Translations under genes and position numbers: made by a program | NCBI GenBank assembly: GCA_001724265.1 | Contig: MEDY01000020.1 | Span: 1 to 64,000, forward strand | DNA from: Rhizaria sp. SCN 62-66 | Lineage: Eukaryota | Direction of reading: 5' to 3' | Length of the DNA stretch: 64,000 nucleotides | Shown here: positions 48,476-61,358 of the stretch, piece after piece | How the letters are laid out: every line of letters starts with the position of its first letter | How positions within the stretch are numbered: position 1 is the stretch's first letter | Notes under the pieces: model-generated | What the model saw: the letters and a program-made list of their open reading frames with translations, nothing else | What the model was told of the DNA's origin: nothing | Database searches by the model: none

Positions 48476-49212
48476 CGGGAGTGTCGGGAAACTACGATGA
48501 ACAGTCAGCAACGACAGGAGAAGTTGACGACTGACACTGGGGGGGGTTGAGTGGGCTGCGCGGCTGGAGACAACACGCGAGGCACTCGCCACACTATTGC
48601 GCGGACAATGGAGGAAAAGAAGACGAATAAAGATGTGCGGTAAGAGACAAATGAGTAGCAGAACAGCTGATGAGCAGACTGGGGCGGGAAAAGCGACGAA
48701 AGAAATACTCCAGAAGGAGGCTTGGGTGAGGTCCACTGTGACCCTCTGAAAGACAGCCTTGTGAGGCCCCGGAGAGTCTGATGGGAACAATGATAAATAA
48801 TTTAAGCAGTATAACCACTTAACACTATCAGCGCAAATTTATTTCGCGACTCGTCGGAGTTTTGACCTTCAACAAGAGCCCCCTTCAATGCTCTCGGTCA
48901 GTCGAAGTTAAGCCGCTGAGTTGGACGTCATCGACTCGTTCAGTTCGACCGCCCCCAACACAGGTTTCATCGCAAGTCCCTCAGGGCATCATATCAAGGG
49001 CGTCAAGAGTCATAACTAAGGGCTATGATAATAATAGAAATGTATTTGTGTATGTCACACGCGGGTAGATCTCAATTCACTGTTTAATTTAACACAAAGT
49101 CACGTTATATAACAGATACCCTCCGCATAAGCTAAGTGTTGATGTTGTTGTAGTCCAGTTTCGGTACTCGCTGCCTTCATCACATTCTCGCTCCTGTCAG
49201 TTATTTTTTTCT

Positions 49213-50210
49213 TTACTGGAAGGTGAACCCTTTGGAGGCGATGTACTTGCTGATGTGCATGCGCTTGAGCGCGATCAACAACTGCGCCTGTGCGCCGGTG
49301 TAGGCGGCCGAAAAGCCCTTTGCGTTGGTGGCGCGGGCGGCGTAGTAGGCCGCGAGCTTGGCGTCGTACGCGGGCAGGATCTCGTCGTACTTGGCGGCAT
49401 CGTAGGTGTTCTCGTGCAGCACGGCGGCGACGGGCAGGCGCGGCTTGATTTCGTTGACGGCGCCCTCGGCGGGGCGGCCCACGGTCATGCCGAAGAGCGG
49501 GAACACGAGGTCGGGCAGCCCCAGAAGCGCGTCGATCTCGGCGATGTTCGTGCGGACGCCGCCGATGTAGCAGATTCCGAGCCCCATGGCCTCGGCAGCC
49601 ACGGCGAGGTTCTGCGCGAAGATCGAGGCGTCGGAAACGCCGATGAGCAGGTTGTCGGCGTTGTCGTGCTGCATCTCGACCTTGTTCATCGCGCAGCACG
49701 CCTGCAGACGCTTGTAGTCGACGCACACAACAAAGCACGCGTCCGCGGTCGTGTACTGCGGCGCGTTGCACGAGTAGTCGCCCAGCTGCGCGCGCTTCTC
49801 GGCGTCAGTCACCCACACAATCGAGTACGCCTGGTGTTGCGGTTAAAGAGGCGCAGTGAGTGCGAGGGGGCCAGAGGTGAGTGAGAAATGGAGTAGAGAG
49901 GCAGAGAAGTTAAATTAAGATAACATATCATAATAGGCGACACATGCGTGAGTCTAACATAAATCTGCGCAGAGCGCATAAGTGCAGTCCAGTATAACCT
50001 TTTGCGAGACGTGAGTTTGCGAGAAATAGAGAGACTGCGGCGTACCTGGCGGAAGTTCGAGGTGGCGGCGCACTGGGCGGTGCGGATAAGCTCCTCAACA
50101 ACCTCGCGGGAGAGCGGGTCGTTGGTGTAGCTGCGCACCGAGGTGTGGCTCTGCTGCAGCGCGTGCGTCGCGTTGGCGGAGATGGGGGAGGCAGCGGTGG
50201 GGCTCTGCAT
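49213..50210 (-). CDS. NfsA/NfrA/FRP-family flavin nitroreductase, exons 50210-50046 and 49830-49213; ~260 aa
   Basis: HTSVRSY, AQCAATSNFRQ|AYSIV, DASIFAQNLAVAAEAMGLGICYIGGVR, LGLPDLVFPLFGMTVG and KPRLP...HENTY. Ends in TAA. Confidence 0.92.
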
Positions 50211-50605
50211 GCGGGCTAGGAAGCAAAAGAAGTATTATGTGCAATAGAGGCATTGGACATGAAAACGGAAAGAAATACATATGTCAATCTTCGTTATTAT
50301 AATATATTTTCTCAATAAAATTGTGAGGGACGGTCAGGGTAGAGCGTGTGCGTATCAGAAACGAAGGGGTTCGGGACTCGGCCCAACTCCACCACAAATC
50401 AGTCCAGATCTTATAAAACACGTCGTTGCAGTCCAACATTATGTTCAAATGACGCGATGTGTTGCTAAAAAGTTAATATGTATCTGCACTATATACTAAG
50501 ACTCTTGCCCAAGCCATATACCACTATGAACGAAAACAAAATCAAATCAATCGGTCGCCTTCACAGAAGCCACTATTGCATTGCAAAGTGCTGCACTTAC
50601 TGTGC

Positions 50606-51233
50606 TTACGCGGCAACCTCCTTCTTGTGGGCGCGGCGGCACGAATCCTGGAGCAGAACGGTGTCAACGTTGTCAGGGAGGACGATGTAGCGCACGACGG
50701 AACCGCGGATGAAGATCTCGTTCACAGAGGCCTGTTTTTAATGCAGCATTGATCATGACAGGGCACAAACGGCGCAGATGTCAACAAAAAAAAAAGAGAT
50801 TAAGAAACAGCGAGTGCGGGGAAAGAAAATCAAATATAAAGAGTGTGAGAGAGATGAAGAGTATAAATGACAAAATAAACAATATACTGTGATATTAGCC
50901 GAACATGAGTCGATCTATGGCAGGAACGGCATGGTAGATGGCGCAGACAGCGCAACGTACGAGGTGAGGGTGCTTCTCGGCGTCGACGACGGAGAGGTCG
51001 ATGAGCTTGACGTTGTGGTACTGGTCAACGGAGACAAGAGTACCCTTCATCATGAGGCCGTTCTTGAGCTCGACGACGACGGCCTTGCCGATCAGGGTCT
51101 TGAAAAAGGAGAAAAAGTGCTGCGCGAGACAAACAAGTGTTGGACAAACATGAGGTGAAGCGAGGTGAGCAAGCAGACTTTGGACGGATACGAAGGGCGA
51201 TCAAGAGCTGATAGCAGGTGAGCAGCGTACCAT
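50606..51233 (-). CDS. LSM2: U6 snRNA-associated Sm-like protein LSm2, exons 51233-51231 (ATG only), 51119-50961, 50731-50606; 95 aa
   Basis: Hand translation: M|HFFSFFKTLIGKAVVVELKN...GTLVSVDQYHNVKL...EKHPHL|ASVNEIFIRGSVVRYIVLP...DTVLLQDSCRR. Not in the ORF track. Ends in TAA. Confidence 0.93.
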
Positions 51234-51837
51234 GATTTAACAAATCCTTGGCAATGCAGCAGAAGTCAGCACGAAGGATAAAGCACGGGGTGCTTGTCTG
51301 TGGGGGAGTGGGAAGTGAAGCGAGGTCGGTTGGAGGGCGGGTGAGTGCGGTTCGAGGGTCTCGGCATCAAAAAGTGGTCTCAAATCCGCCAGCTTGAAAT
51401 TCAAACAAAATGCTGATAAACACGTAAATTGTTACTATCTATTCTTTAAGACACGGATCTTGGGACGGAACGCCTGTCGACATAGAGCTTGTTGAAGATG
51501 GCCGCCCAAAGTCAAGCGGCTCCGCGACGGAGGTCCTCAGTGGCGCATCTGTGGTGCAACATGAACAAAGACAGAACTGGTCTGAGATTATCTCTTGGTG
51601 TGATATCAGTTTTGAATAACGGTGCCTCGATGGCGCATGTCTATTCTCTGCAAACCATATCGCTTGTAACGGAAGGTTGATTGAGATTTAAACACGTTTC
51701 TATCCTCCTGAAACGACGTCGCTGCCCGTTGATGACAACATCGATTCTTTGAAATCAGCCCGCTCCCACATTTCCTCGCGCTCCCTAGCCTCACCACTCC
51801 CGTATGTTTTATTCCATCTTTATATAGACCCTTACAA

Positions 51838-53670
51838 ATGCGGTTCACGGCCTCTGTGCTTGTGCTTGTGCTCTCGGTGGCGACGCTGGGCGCGCTTGCG
51901 GCTATCTGGGACCCCGAGACGAACCACTACTGCGGCCTCGCGCCCCATCCCAAGGTCGCCCCCGCGCTTCCTGGATTCCCCGAGGGGCACAAGCTCATCA
52001 AGAGCATCAGCTTCTACCGCCATGGGGCTCGGTACGTCTTGCTATCTACTCTCGCAGCAACCCTGGTGGCTAAACGCGTGCACATGCTCGCTTGCGTCAT
52101 TCAGACACGGTCATTGCATATTCGTTCATTAACAAAATGTGCTTGTTGCTATTTCCTTGTGTATATTGTTTACGTGACTTGAAAAATTACGTATTCGTTT
52201 ATTTTCTTGACACACAACCTTCTCTGCTCTCATCGCACTCACATAATCTCATTTTCTCTGTCCTCCGTCATCTGCCATTGTCTCTTTTAACTGCTATTTG
52301 CTTCGCCCCACGCCCACAGCACGCCTCTGGTCGCCGCGAAGTGCTACCCGACCGAGGAGGTTGTCTGGGACACGTGCAAGAACTCGATGGCGATGGCCGC
52401 GACGCTCTTCGGCGACGTCTCTGCCCCGAGCCACCAGATCCCGGTGCGTCCGCACACGGTCGGCTCGGCACTGCCCGGCCACTGCACCATGGGCCACCTC
52501 ACGGATCGCGGGCTCATGCAGGCCTACGCGCAGGGCCTGCGCCTGGGCGCGCACCTCAAGACGCTGTATGCGGCGCGCGGCACGGCGCTCGAGACGGCGG
52601 ACATCGACGCGCGGTCGACCGACTACCACCGCACGCGCGCGACGACGATGGGCGTGCTCTCGGGCGTCGTCAACACGGCCATCGCGCTGGGCCCCGGCGA
52701 GAAGGGCCGGCTGCCCGCCGTGGTGTACCGCGACGGCGCGCACGACTACCTGCCCATGTCGGACCGCGTGTGCAAGGCCTCGGCGTACGTCAAGGAGGCC
52801 TACGCCGCCGCCGAGTGGGTCGACTACGTCAACGCCACAATGCCCGCGCTGCAGACGGCCGTCGACGGCATCGCGGGCGCCGACAAGACCGACGTCTCGT
52901 CCTTCTTCGACTGCGTCAAGACGCGCCTCTGCCACCAGAAGCCGCTCCCGGACGCCTACACCGAGGCGCTCGACACTCAGCTCTCCGACTACATGGACAA
53001 GTACTGGAACCAGGTCTTCTTCCACGACCACCCGCGCGCGGCGCGGCTCTTCTCGGGCGGCGTGCTACTCGTGCTCTACGCCGAGCTCTCGCGCGTGCTC
53101 GCCGCGGGCGCCGCCGCTCTCGACGCGCGCCCGTCAGTCGTGCTGCGCGGCGGCCACGACTTCGGGCCCATGATGAACCTGTGCTCTGCGCTTGACCTGG
53201 GTAACAAGCGCGCGAGCTACTGGCCGCCGTACGTGTCGATGCTGAACCTCGAGATCGCGGCCGTGCCCGCCGCGCTGGCGCACACGGCCTCGCGCATCGG
53301 CGTGCGCGCCATTCTCAACGGCGAAGGCGCCGCCATGGGCGTGTGCACGGGCCACACCGAGGCGGGCGCCTTCTGCCCGCTCGAGACGCTCATCGCCGCG
53401 CTCGAGCCCATGCTGCCGTCCGCTGAGGAGTGCCCGGGACTGGTCCCTGAGCCCGAGTTCCTGGAGGCGCTCACCGCGGCGGGCGGCGTCCGCGCGCTGC
53501 GCTCCGGCGCCGCGGGCGGCCGCATCGTCGGTGCTGAGACCGCGGCCAAGCTCGACGCTTTCGCCGAGCGCGCGCAGGCCGCCGCCCGGCAGGACAGCGC
53601 CGTTGCCGAGCAGCTCCCGCGCACGCGCACCGACGAGGAGGTCTGGGCCGCGCGCCACTTCGACCTCTAA
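51838..53670 (+). CDS. Secreted or lysosomal histidine acid phosphatase (branch 2), exons 51838-52031 and 52320-53670; ~514 aa
   Basis: Signal peptide. The RHGARTP catalytic motif is completed across a phase-2 intron. Also GHLTDRG, RSTDYHRT, GHD and WPPY. Ends in TAA. Confidence 0.9.
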
Positions 53671-54059
53671 GTAATGCGACTTAGCGAAGCGAAACAAGCA
53701 TCAACAAGCAAACTAATATAAGCCAATAAGTCGTGCGCCTGCGCCACGACATATGACCATTTGAAATAGACAATAATCCCATTTATAAAACTTGTATAAG
53801 ATACAAACGATTATATTTGATCCCACTTTCAACAAAACTACGTCTTCTTTTCTCTCGTGACAAATATTGCAACATGAAATGAGTGAATCTAATGTGTATC
53901 GGGTTTGTAAGAAATGCGGATGTAGATGTACTACTAAATAAAAATAATGTGTTACATTATTCGTTGAGCTATAGAAACATGTTTGAGTGAAGTGCGTCTC
54001 ATAATCTGATCGTGGCGCAGCTTGCAACTCGGTCACATGCGCTGCACTACGTTGTACGA

Positions 54060-57000
54060 TTACACCGCCATGTCGGTGACCTTAGGGATCCAGTAAGGCA
54101 GCAGCCACAGCCGCGGGCCCGATGAAACGTCCGCGCCCCCGCTATCGTCGAATGACCGCAGCTGCGCCTGTGACACTCGAGACCGAGACTCTGAATGTGA
54201 CGGCGTCCGCGACTGTGGCTGTGGAGCGGGGAGAGCCACGTCGCCCTCCGAGTAACCGTGGAAACCGTGGGAATGACCGTGGGCCGAGTGAACGCGGGCG
54301 GGCAGACGGCCCCGCTTGACCGACGGCCGGCTCGGCGACCCCGGGGGCGGCGCCGCTGTCCGCCAACTTGCACTCGACTCCAGCTGTGCCTGCACCGGAG
54401 AATGCGACTGTGGCTGTGGCTCTGCGGGACTGTGCGCAGCTGTCGCGGCGATGCTCACGGTCACTGCAGCGAGCTGCAGGGGCAACAGCTCAGCCAGACT
54501 CTCCGTCTCAGTCTCGGTCTCATCGCTATCGTCGCCGTTCGTGTTCTCGCGCTCACAGCCACTGATATCTTCACCATCACCAGCATCACCAGCGCCACCA
54601 GCGTCACCAGCATCACCAGCAGCAGTGTCAGCCTTGTGGCCAACAGCTCTCTTGCACAGAGCCGCAGACGCTGCTGACACTGACGGTGATCCTGAGGTTG
54701 CGACTGGACGGGGCGCTGATCCCCCGGCCCAGCGGCGACTGGCGCGTCCCGTAACCGCGAGCACCGCTCCCAGCCCAGCCCTCGTGAGTCCCGCATCACG
54801 GGTACTCGTGAGTCCAGCGCCGGTACTCGTGACCGCGGGGGGTTCGCAAGTGACCGTGAGCGGGGCGAAGAGCGGGATGCGCGAGGCGGGCAACCAGCGC
54901 GGCGCTGACCACTGCGCCTGCGCCAGCGCCCACACGCCGCCACCAGTCAATGGCGTGGCGGTTGCTGTTGTTGTTGTTGCTGTCGCTGTTGCAGTGCCAG
55001 ACGTTGCTGGTGTGGCTGCTGCGCTTGCGGCGGGCGCAGTGGCCCCCCGGGGACTGTTTGTGGTGGTGAGGAGCCAGCCGGCCACGCCGTCACTGACTCC
55101 ACAACTGTGAGTGACCGTGGGCGCCCCCTTAGCACCAGTGACCGTGGGCAGGCCCTGGGTGACCGTGAGCACGTCAGCGGCGCGCGCGGCGAGGAGGACC
55201 GTGGGCAGGAGCGCGCGCGACGTCAGCGGCAGCAGCGCGCGCGGCACTGGGGCGGCCGCACGCGCAGCTCCGCGCCACGTCACCGCAGCCGACGGCGGAC
55301 TTTGACTCTGAGAGTGACTGTGAGCGTCAGTGTGACCGTGACCGTGAGTGCAATGGAGGCGGGACGCGGTGGCGAGGCAGATGCCGGCGCGGGCGCCGCG
55401 CCGCAGCAGCCCACGGTCGCCGTCGCCAGCACTGAGCCCGCCGTTAGCGCTGTTGGCGTTCAAGGCACTGTCGCCGCGGCGCGCGCTCCGGAGCAGCAGG
55501 GACACGAGCGGCGCAAAGCTCACCTCTTCATCTTCGTCATAACCGTCATCATTGCCATCGCCGTCGTCGTCGTCATCGTTATTGTTGTCGTCAGTGTCGG
55601 GCTCGGTGGCCAGCAGACAACCGCTGCCGCTGCCACCGCCGCGCCGCGCCGCAGCCTTGGCCTTGACTCGATCCTCGGCCTGAGCGCTAGCGCGCGCAGC
55701 CGCGGCTGCGGCGGCCGCGTTGGCTGCCGGTCCCGCAGCCGCGACCGCTGCGGCCGCTGCAGCCGCCGCGACCGCCGCCGCGGGCAGCGGCCCCGCAGGT
55801 AAGCCCCCGCCGCTCTGGCCACGCCTGCCTCCGCCCTTCGCGGCGCGCTTGGCCGCCCTGCGCTCGGCCGCCGCGGCGGCCGCGGCGGCGGAGGCGGCGG
55901 CCGCGGCCGCGGCGGGCGTGGGCGTCAGCAGCTCGGAGCAGCTCACCGCGAGCGTGCGCACCGCGTGCCGCGTCAGCGCGCTCTCGGTCAAAACACTCTC
56001 GGCGCCAGCGTGACTCGTGTCAGCCGCAGTCTGAGTCTGGGGCAAGGGCGGGGGCGGGGGCATGCGAGGAAGCAGGAGCCAGACGACCTCGGAGATCTGG
56101 CCCGCGCCGCTGCTGTACGGCGGCGCCGACACAGTGTGTAACCGTGACCGTGACCGTGACCGCGAATGTGACTGCAAAGCATCCGTGTCGTCGTCATCGT
56201 CGCAATGCTCTGCGTCGGCATCTGCTTCGGTCTCTGTGTTGCACTGCACAGTCGCGCCCATCGCAGCGCGCGCGGCCCGCGACGCCGCCGCGCCGCCGGG
56301 TCCCACCCCCAGCACGAGCCCCACCGCAGCCACATCGGTCCACGCCACGCACTGCTGATCACAGTGTGCAGAGCGCTCACCGCACTGCGTTTGCGGTGTT
56401 TGCTGTGCTTGCTGTGCTTGCAGTGTTTGCTGCGGGCCGAGCAAGACCGCGTCGCGGAGCGCGGCAAGCGCGGCCTCAGCGGCGGCCACGGCGCCGCGCG
56501 CGCGGGCGGCGGCCGCGGCGGCGCGCGCATGGGCCCGCGCCAGCCCGCGACGCGCGCGCGGCACCGAGCCGTAGTGCCGCACTATGGACAGCGCCAGCGC
56601 AGCCAGAGGGGACTGATGCTGTTCAACCCACTTGCGCTGCTGTTGTTGCTCACTGTAGTCTGCGTTGCCGTTGGTGTCGTCGTGTTTAATGTCGGTATCA
56701 CTACGAATGGGGTTCTTGTGGCTGTGGTCAGACTTCTTGGTGGGCGCCGCAGTTGCGGTGTTCAGAGTTGTGTTCGTCTTCGCTGGAGCGCCGCCGCGTG
56801 TGACGGCTTTAGCGGGTTCGTTGGGCGTCGCCGCGCGCGCAAGGCCAAAGATGTCGTCAGCCTCGGCGTCGTCGCTAAAACCGGCATCATCGTCATCGTC
56901 ATCATAGCCGTTATCAGCGTCATCAGTATCGTTGTTGTTGGAGATGTCGCTTGAATCTTGCGTCGCTGAAAACGACACTGCTGCTGCTGTTGTTGATGCT

Positions 57001-57900
57001 GTGGACTGCTTCTTCTGCGCTTTCAATGGCGTCTTCGCAGCTGATGCTGTGTCACCATCGCATAATAAACCAAAGATGTTGTTTTCTTCATCGTCGTCAT
57101 CATAGGCGTCATTGTTGTCATCTTCGTTACCGTCTTCATCAGCGTTGTAGTCATCGTTTGAGCTGGCATGTGCGCCATCGCTGTCGTCGTCATCATCACC
57201 GGACAACGGCGCAAGCGCCGGCAGTGCAGACGGAGCAGCAACGGCCAACTGCGACTGCACATCGCCACTGTCGTGGTAGTGGCCACAGCGCTGCCGCGAT
57301 AGCCGCTGCAGCTGCTGCTGCCGCTGCAGCCGCTCTCTGCGCTGCGCGCGCTGGCGCCCGGCGCGCGCCGCGGCGGCCTCCGCGGCGGCGGCGGCGGCGG
57401 CGCTGCGCAGTGCGGCGGGCGCGCACAGCGCCGCGTATAGCCCGGCTGCACGGGCAGCTGCGGCGGCTAGCGCGTCGGCAGCGCGGCGCAGCTGCGGCAG
57501 CGGGGCCGGGAGGTGCTGGCGCGCGTACAAAAGGTAAGCCGCAACGGACACGGCGATCGCAGCGGCGTCGGCGCGCGATACCAGGTCGCCGCCAGAGGCT
57601 GAGGAAGCAGAGCTAGAGACAGCTGCTGAGGCACTTGATGCGGGGACAGTGGTGGGGGTTAGCAGAGAGGCTGGAAGCACGACAGGGAAGAATGGAAGCT
57701 ACAAAGGGCAAACAGAATAAAACAATACGCGTGGAGTTAGCAACAGTGCAAATAATATTGACGAGAGCGGATGTATACAACTAGAACGACATAAAACAGA
57801 TAAACTTGGTTGGTGCCAAAGATGAGGGAGGGAGAGAAAGACGAACCTCTATAGCGGGGTCTGCAAGAGGGACCGCGGCATTAAAGCGCGCGGGGTGCAT
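54060..57900 (-). CDS. MAD2L1BP: p31comet/MAD2L1BP-like HORMA protein, exons 57900-57847 and 57698-54060; ~1,230 aa
   Basis: YLLYARQHLPAPLPQL resembles p31comet IMYQRQQLPLPYEQL. VGLVLG, EVVWLLL, LTRHAVRTL and the C-terminal LWLLP follow in the expected order. Phase-0 GTTCGT..TAG intron. Ends in TAA. Confidence 0.55.
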
Positions 57901-59181
57901 GCGGCGCAGTTAACAGCCCGTATGGGCGGCCAGTGGAGAAGAAACACAAAGCGCACGCAGCGCGGAGGCGGGACGTGGTGGACAACGAACGGCGCCAGCT
58001 CAGTGGGAAGCAGACTGCGAAAACAAGCTGGAAACAAGGTCAAATGATGGGGTTAGAGTCCAAAATTTAAATTTCAAAATAAACTATACTTGTTTTAATT
58101 AGATCTGTATTGTAAGTAGTTTTGGACGATCAAATTGTATTTTTATTCACACTTTTTGGAAGGCTCCACTCCGCCACAAGCAGTCCACCACTATCTCGTT
58201 TCTGGCGATACGATTTTCGATCGCCCGAAATGAAAACAATAAAAAGCAAATTTGAATGAAAAAGAGCACTTATGCACACAAAAAAAGAATATTCAATAAG
58301 ATAAAATGACGAAAAAGATGCCGAGAGTGGGTTGAAAAGAATGTATTTGTGTTTTTGTTGGTTTTTGTGGTTATTAAATTTTGAATGTGATTGTAACTGT
58401 AAGCAGCCGCACGCACCTGCAATTGCGGCTCAGCTCAGTCGATTTGAGACGAAACGAGAAGAAACAAGAGAAGAAAGAAAACAAAAGAAAGCGAAACGAA
58501 AAGCGGGAATATATGGAGCAGCATAATACTTTGTACGCACGCACGCGCACGCGCGCACACACTTTGCGGAGAGCGGCCGAGACAGGACGACTGTCGTTGC
58601 TCGGCCGTTGTTGAGAAGGGCGACGAGGGCGACGGGGGGAAACACACACTAGAGCACTCGAGCCCCATCCGCGACCGGCAAGCGCGCTTGCCGGCAGAGG
58701 GCGAGGGCTCATAATAACTACATAACAGACTGACGAGGCCGCCGCTCGCAGCGAGCGGGGCGCGGAGAGGCGGTCCGGCCAGGTCGGAGCGCGGCATACA
58801 GACAAACAGACAGAGAGACAGCAAAGGGGCTTAGAAAGCACCCAAGTTGCTGTCTGTTGCTGCTGCCGCGACTGCATGCGCGCGCTGGCACTAAGGTAAA
58901 CTATAGAGTACATATGACATGTTATTTTTTGTACCTACAGTGTAGCAGGCAACGCACCGGAGGGACCCGCCATCTTCACAGAGAGCCGAGATCACACAGT
59001 CAGCGGTCAGTCAACTGAGTGACTGTGCGACTGTGTGACTGACGGTGAGACTGCGACTGTGAGACGGGGGCGCAGAGGCGCGCGGGGTATAGGGCGTGTT
59101 TAGAGAGAGGTTATTAGGTAGGAGCAAGACGACTTGGAGCGCAGACACACTAATTGTTAGCAGTGGAGCACGAACAGCTTC

Positions 59182-61314
59182 TTACCAGGAGTCGTTGCTG
59201 CGGCCGGCGCCGGCAGCAGCCATGCCGCCGCCGTAGCCGCCGTTGCCGCCGAAGCCGCCACCGCTGCCGCCACCGCTGTACTGCTGGCGCATGTCGCGGC
59301 CGCCGAAGCGGGCGCCGCCGCGGCCACCGGAGCGACCGCCGCCGCCGCTGCGCGAGCCGCCAGAGCGGTTCGCGAGGTTGCGCAGGAACTCAGGAACATC
59401 CTATCAGAAATCAACAAAAACAGACACACAAACGGTAAGACATGAGTTAAGTTACAAAAATTAAGTTACAAAAATTAAGAATCATGGGCACAAATTAGAT
59501 TTAATTGAATTCTAAACAGAGCGTATATCGTTCATTCTTCGTACCTGGCTGGCCTCGGACATGATCTTGATGAGGTCGCCGGCGAGGGACGAGTTCTTGT
59601 CGGACATGAACGAGATGGCAGTGCCGGTGGCGCCGCAACGGCCGGTGCGGCCGATGCGGTGCGTGTACGAGTCGATCTCGCTGGGCATGTCGTAGTTGAT
59701 GACGTGGCGCACGTCGGGGATCGACAGGCCGCGGGCCGCGACGTCGGTGGCCACGAGCACGGGGCAGCGGCCGGAGCGGAAGTAGTGCAGCGCCTGTTCG
59801 CGCTCCTCCTGCGAGCGGTCGCCGTGGATCGACGCGGCCTCGATGCCGCGCGACACAAGCCAGTCCTCGAGGCGGTCGGCGCCGCGGCGCGTCTCGACGA
59901 AGATGAGCGTGAGCCCGTCGCACTCGGGCAGGATCGTCTTGAGCAGCTCGTGCTTGTCGTTCTCGTGGTCGGCGCAGTACTCCATGCGCTGCGTGATGAG
60001 GTGCGTCGACGAGCCCACGCGGCCGACGGCCAGGAACACGTAGTCGCGCAGGAAGTCCTGCGCCAGGCGCTGGATCTCCGAGGGAAAGGTCGCCGAGAAC
60101 ATGAGCGTCTGGCGCGACTCCTTGCCGGGCATGTCGTAATCGCCGACGATCTGGCGGATCTGCGGCACGAAGCCCATGTCGAGCATGCAGTCGGCCTCGT
60201 CGAAGACCAGGATCTGGATGTGCGCGAAGCCGATCTCGCCGCGCTCGCAGAAGTCCATCAGGCGGCCGGGCGTGGCGATCATGATGTCGCAGCCGCGCGA
60301 GACGTCGCGCATCTGCTCGCGCATCGGCACGCCGCCGTAGACGACGCACGGCACGATCGTCGTGCGGTACGTCAGCTTGCACGCGTCCTTGTGGATCTGC
60401 AGCACCAGCTCGCGCGTGGGCGACAGGATGAGCGCCTGCGGGTAATGCGTGCGGCGCCGCGGCGGCTCGGGCATGTCGGTGTTGAGCAGGCGGTAGATGG
60501 TCGGCAGCAAGAAGGCCGCCGTCTTGCCGGAGCCTGTCTGCGCGCACGCGATCATGTCGCGCTTGGACATGACGATGGGCACGGACCACTTCTGGATCGG
60601 CGTCGGGCGCTCGAAGCCGCACAGGTCGAGGTTGCCGACGATGAGCTCGCCGAAGTCGACCTCGTCGAAGGACGAGATGGCCTGCGGCACGTCGTTGCCC
60701 GACGCCTCGACCGGGATGTCGTCGTAGGGCTTGAAGTCGATGCCCGTGCGCCGGTCCGCGAAGAGCACCGCCTCGAGCTCCGCGTTGCGCTCCGTCACAC
60801 GGTGGCGACGGCCCTGCGCGCCGCCGCTGCCGGAGCCGCCGCCGTCGCGCCGAGAGCCGTAGCCGCCGCGGTCGCCGCCGTAGCTGCCGCCACCGCCGCC
60901 GCGGCGGTCGCGGTCGCCGCCGCGGTCGCCGCCGCGGTCGCCGCCGCGGCCACCGAAGTCACGGCCGCCGCCGCCGCCGCCGCGGCGGTCATCGCCACCG
61001 CGGCGGTCGTCGCGGCCGCCGAAGCCGCTGCCGCCACCGCCGCCGCGGCCGCCGCCGTTGCGGTCGTCGCTCCAGCGGCTGCCACCGCCGACGGCGCCAC
61101 CGCGGCGGTCGTCGCCACGGCGGTCGTCGCCGCCGCGGGAGCCGCCGTCGCGGCGGTCATCGCCACCGCGGCGGTCGTCGCGGTCGTTGTTGTCGCGAGA
61201 GTCGTTGCTGGTGTTGTTATTGCTGTTGTTGCGGCGACTGGGGGGAACATAGCGGCCGCCGGACGTCTGCTGCTGAGACGCCCCACTGCCTTCATTGCTG
61301 AATGACTCACTCAT
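59182..61314 (-). CDS. DDX3: DEAD-box RNA helicase of the DDX3/Ded1 family, exons 61314-59545 and 59400-59182; ~662 aa
   Basis: TGIDF..YDDIPVE, PTPIQ, ACAQTGSGKTAAF, PTREL, ATPGRL, DEAD, SAT and HRIGRTGR. RGG tails and a terminal exon DVPEFL...FGGRD...DSW. Ends in TAA. Confidence 0.95.
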
Positions 61315-61330
61315 AAATATGGACTATTTA

Positions 61331-61358
61331 GGGGGAGGGGGGGGGGGGGGGGAGGGGG
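61331..61358 (+). repeat. Poly-G tract (poly-C on the sense strand) just upstream of the DDX3 ATG
   Basis: gggggagggggggggggggggggagggggg-like run read directly. Confidence 0.85.

Noticed and set aside
50362-50394. GGGGTTCGGGACTCGGCCCAACTCCACCA resembles a tRNA/tmRNA 3' end
   Set aside because: Non-canonical T-loop and no matching acceptor stem upstream. I found no tRNA, including a CUA suppressor, by eye in this window.
57849-57851. Possible fourth in-frame TAG (MPRSLLQTPL*)
   Set aside because: A different frame from ATG 57900 splices in phase with no stop.
59447-59479. TTAAGTTACAAAAA tandem duplication in the DDX3 intron and other short tandem repeats
   Set aside because: Simple slippage repeats with no unique spacers; not CRISPR or mobile-element ends.
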